NCBI GenBank assembly: GCA_964633505.1
Contig: CAZWHC010000013.1
Coordinates: 11,685 to 75,684, forward strand
Direction of reading: 5' to 3'
DNA: 64,000 nt
From: an uncultured Rikenellaceae bacterium
GTDB lineage: Bacteria > Bacteroidota > Bacteroidia > Bacteroidales > VadinHA17
Below, one piece after another: positions 61,506 through 64,000 of this stretch. The first letter of the stretch is position 1. Every line of letters starts with the position of its first letter. A program made the position numbers and the translations under genes. The notes under the pieces are model-generated. The model worked only from the letters and a program-made list of their open reading frames with translations, ran no database searches and was not told where the DNA came from.

Positions 61506-63284
61506 ATGAAAGGAAAAATCTTACTTTTCCGTAAAGCCCTAAATCTTGTGTGGCAGAGTGCTCCGGGCTGGGCGACTGTTAATATAATTATTTCATTCCT
61601 GCAGGGTTTTTTCCCCCTTTTCCTCATCTGGCTCATAAAACTTCTTATTGATGTAATAACAGGATCGGTTACGGAGGGAGGATCGCCCGGCAGGATAGTC
61701 CCCCTGGCAGTCGGAGTGGTCATCATCTACTTTCTTGATGAGATTTCATCATCGGCTGGCTATTATGTGAGAAGAAACCAGTCGGTACGTCTCGAGGAAT
61801 ATATGTACGGGCTGCTTCATTCAAAATCGGTGAGGCTCGACCTTATTAATTTTGAGCATCCGGGCTATTACGATTCCCTTTCAAGAGCTGTTTCTGAAGC
61901 GCCATGGCGCCCCAACAGTATTCTTGACAACCTTATATCAATGTTCCGGGGTATCATATCCCTTATCCTTATGGCCGGAATACTTCTTACGCTCCACTGG
62001 GGAGTTACCTTACTTCTTGTGGCGGTTAATATCCCGGGGATATGGCTGAGACTGCATTATGCTGATATCCTTTACAACTTTCAGAAAGAACAGACTCCGG
62101 AAGCAAGAAAATCGGCATATTTCAACTGGCTTCTGACAGGCGACAGGCCTTCAAGGGAAATCAGGCTGTTTGGCCTTGGCGACTATTTCATCTCACTGTT
62201 TAAGAAATCGTATAAAAAACAAAAAGCAGAAGAGCTGAATATTCTGAAGAAAAGGACAATGATTGAAGTTGCAACCGATCTGTTCAAAGCATTGTCGTTC
62301 CTTGTACTTCTTCTGGTTGTCGCCAGGCAGACTGTAAGAGGTGAGCTTACCCTTGGTCAGATGGCTATGTTCATTCTTGCATTCCGCCAGGGAATGTCGT
62401 ATATCAGGGATGTTTTCAATTCTCTGGGAGGACTTTATGAAGACGGATTATTCATTGGCGATGTTTTCAGCTTCCTCGGGTTAAAGGAGAACGTTACCGC
62501 TTTCGCACCTGTAACAAAACCTGAAGGACTAAAATCGAAAATTGAAGCTGACTGTCTTTCATTTACTTATCCGGGAAATCAGAAGCCTTCACTGAAAGAG
62601 GTGTCGTTTGAAATAAAAAAGGGAGAGGTGATAGCGCTTGTAGGTCCTAACGGTGCAGGCAAAAGCACACTGGTAAGGCTCCTGACAAGGCTCTATGATC
62701 CTGATTCCGGACAAATTAAACTTGATGGAAGGAATATCCGTTCAATGGAACCCCCGGATTACAGGAAACTATTCTCTGTCGTCTTTCAGGATTTTATGTT
62801 ATATAACCTGTCGGCCGTAGAAAACATAAGATTGGGGAATATTGAAACTGATAAAAATATCATTCCGGTAAGAAAGGCGGCCGGCTCTGCAGGTGTAGAT
62901 GATTTACTGAATAATCTTCCTAAAGGTTATGATACTGTAATAGGTCCGCTATTTGATGAAAGTCGTGATCTGAGCTGGGGTGAATGGCAGAAGATTGCGC
63001 TGGCAAGGGCTCTTTACAGGGAAGCCCCCGTTCTTATCCTCGATGAGCCTTCGAGTTCCCTCGATGCTGATACTGAATATGAAGTTTTCAGCCGTTTCAG
63101 GGAGATAGTCAGGGGGAGGACTGCAATAATTATAACCCACCGCTTTACAAATGTCACACTGGCCGACAGGATAATAGTGCTTGAAGACGGGTCGGTTGTC
63201 GAATCCGGATCTCATGAGGAGCTTATGCAAAAGCATGGTAAGTACCATGAGATGTACAGAAAACAAAGCAGCCGGTTTGCCTGA
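61506..63284 (+). CDS. ABC exporter, fused permease/ATPase (type I exporter fold)
   Basis: 592 aa with a 6-TM N-terminal half, Walker A GPNGAGKST, signature LSWGEWQKIALARAL and Walker B LILDEPSS. There is no N-terminal C39 peptidase domain. Confidence 0.9.
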   Translation: MKGKILLFRKALNLVWQSAPGWATVNIIISFLQGFFPLFLIWLIKLLIDVITGSVTEGGSPGRIVPLAVGVVIIYFLDEISSSAGYYVRRNQSVRLEEYMYGLLHSKSVRLDLINFEHPGYYDSLSRAVSEAPWRPNSILDNLISMFRGIISLILMAGILLTLHWGVTLLLVAVNIPGIWLRLHYADILYNFQKEQTPEARKSAYFNWLLTGDRPSREIRLFGLGDYFISLFKKSYKKQKAEELNILKKRTMIEVATDLFKALSFLVLLLVVARQTVRGELTLGQMAMFILAFRQGMSYIRDVFNSLGGLYEDGLFIGDVFSFLGLKENVTAFAPVTKPEGLKSKIEADCLSFTYPGNQKPSLKEVSFEIKKGEVIALVGPNGAGKSTLVRLLTRLYDPDSGQIKLDGRNIRSMEPPDYRKLFSVVFQDFMLYNLSAVENIRLGNIETDKNIIPVRKAAGSAGVDDLLNNLPKGYDTVIGPLFDESRDLSWGEWQKIALARALYREAPVLILDEPSSSLDADTEYEVFSRFREIVRGRTAIIITHRFTNVTLADRIIVLEDGSVVESGSHEELMQKHGKYHEMYRKQSSRFA

Positions 63285-63518
63285 TGTATGAATTTCATAG
63301 ATCTTTTTAGCAAAGCCTGACCCTCCTGACTAAATAATCATACTTTTCTGAAATATTTTGCAAAAAAGTGGCAGTTTTTGCAAAAAAATATATGTTGATG
63401 TCAGAAAAAATATGTTGTAATTTTTATTGTTTTTTTTCAACAAAATATTTTGTAAATTCAGTTAGATTTCCTAATTTTAAGGTAGTTGAGTCAAGGGCTG
63501 CGATAAAGACTTAAAATT

Positions 63519-63728
63519 ATGAACAGGCAAAACAGAGATAATCTGAAATATCGGATTCTAAGGTTGGCCAGTTTAAAAAGCACAGGTTCACCGGGAGATC
63601 TGGCTTTCAGGTTCGGGATCAGTAAAAGATCGGTTAAGCGTATTGTAAGTGAGATCCGTTATGAAGGTTGTGACCTTCGTTACAGTCAGGCTGACGGATC
63701 ATATATTATGAAGCATGAATTTGATTAG
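63519..63728 (+). CDS. Small HTH-domain protein (HTH_11/DeoR-N-like)
   Basis: 69 aa: GSPGDLAFRFGISKRSVKRIVSEIRYEGCDL follows the helix-turn-helix pattern. Confidence 0.6.
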   Translation: MNRQNRDNLKYRILRLASLKSTGSPGDLAFRFGISKRSVKRIVSEIRYEGCDLRYSQADGSYIMKHEFD

Positions 63729-63824
63729 GGCATAAGGTTGTTTTTCAATCTTTTCAGGCACGTCTCGCTGTCCTTTCCTGTGCTTGAATTATCTCGCGGA
63801 AGCGGATGGGTCGCCCTGACCCGT

Positions 63825-63864
63825 GTCTCCGGGGAGTGCTGATTATCCCCGGGGACTTTTTTTT
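63825..63864 (+). terminator. Strong intrinsic terminator
   Basis: 11-bp stem gtctccgggga/tccccggggac (one G-U pair), 10-nt loop, followed by T8 (63857-63864). Confidence 0.85.
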
Positions 63865-64000
63865 GCGCCGGATGATGATCATGCTCAGGGCCCCAGATGG
63901 AAGCTGACATGCAATAACTCCGTTATTCAAGGTGGATTGGCAGGTTGCATTACGCCATGTCAAAACTCCGCCCTTCAGGACAGAGTCCCGCACTGGATGA

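Noticed and set aside
59614-63284. Lasso peptide biosynthetic cluster
   Set aside because: PqqD-like and HprK-like genes fit, but the obligatory Asn-synthetase-like cyclase and the transglutaminase-like B2 protease are missing from the window. It is reported instead as an unclassified RiPP-like cassette.
63880-64000. Cobalamin riboswitch, group II intron 5' end (gtgcgg on the minus strand), tmRNA or RNase P RNA at the window edge
   Set aside because: Only isolated short resemblances were found (cccgcactgg against the B12 box; gtgcg). There is no supporting secondary-structure context, no RT ORF, and none of the conserved GGAAAGUCCGGGC or tmRNA termini.

Overview
This window looks like a Bacteroidota chromosomal segment. 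The evidence is a complete porP-porK/L/M/N (gldK-N) type IX secretion/gliding operon, a gldA-like ATPase, rpoN, TAnnTTTG-type -7 promoter boxes 17-35 nt upstream of many start codons, and little Shine-Dalgarno signal. Most of the window is densely packed housekeeping genes: glmS, panCD, radA, PBP1A, topA, trpS, asnS, cysS, rbfA, metK, ispG and rnr. A four-gene methionine operon (metY-hom-metH-metF) sits behind a clear SAM-I riboswitch on the minus strand. Five things are not ordinary. (1) At 59.6-63.3 kb there is an orphan operon of a PqqD-like peptide-binding protein, an HprK-like P-loop kinase, a soluble Ser/His (SipW/Sec11-type) peptidase and an ABC exporter. It resembles a RiPP pathway but has no recognizable cyclase, core enzyme or precursor gene. 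(2) A DUF559 endonuclease-like module is fused in frame to ispG through a linker encoded by a G/C-rich palindromic repeat. The module is bracketed by about 55-bp inverted copies of that repeat, and the whole fused gene is bracketed by perfect 38-bp inverted repeats. (3) The same repeat family occurs at four loci in the window and has G-quadruplex potential. (4) Phased 7-8-nt tandem repeat arrays directly abut stop or start codons at four intergenic sites. (5) An ORF-free, hairpin-dense 740-bp gap lies upstream of metK and contains a roughly 490-bp unit bounded by about 60-bp imperfect inverted repeats that show a compensatory stem change. No tRNA, rRNA or CRISPR array was found. All family assignments come from motif recognition by eye, and no database search was run.
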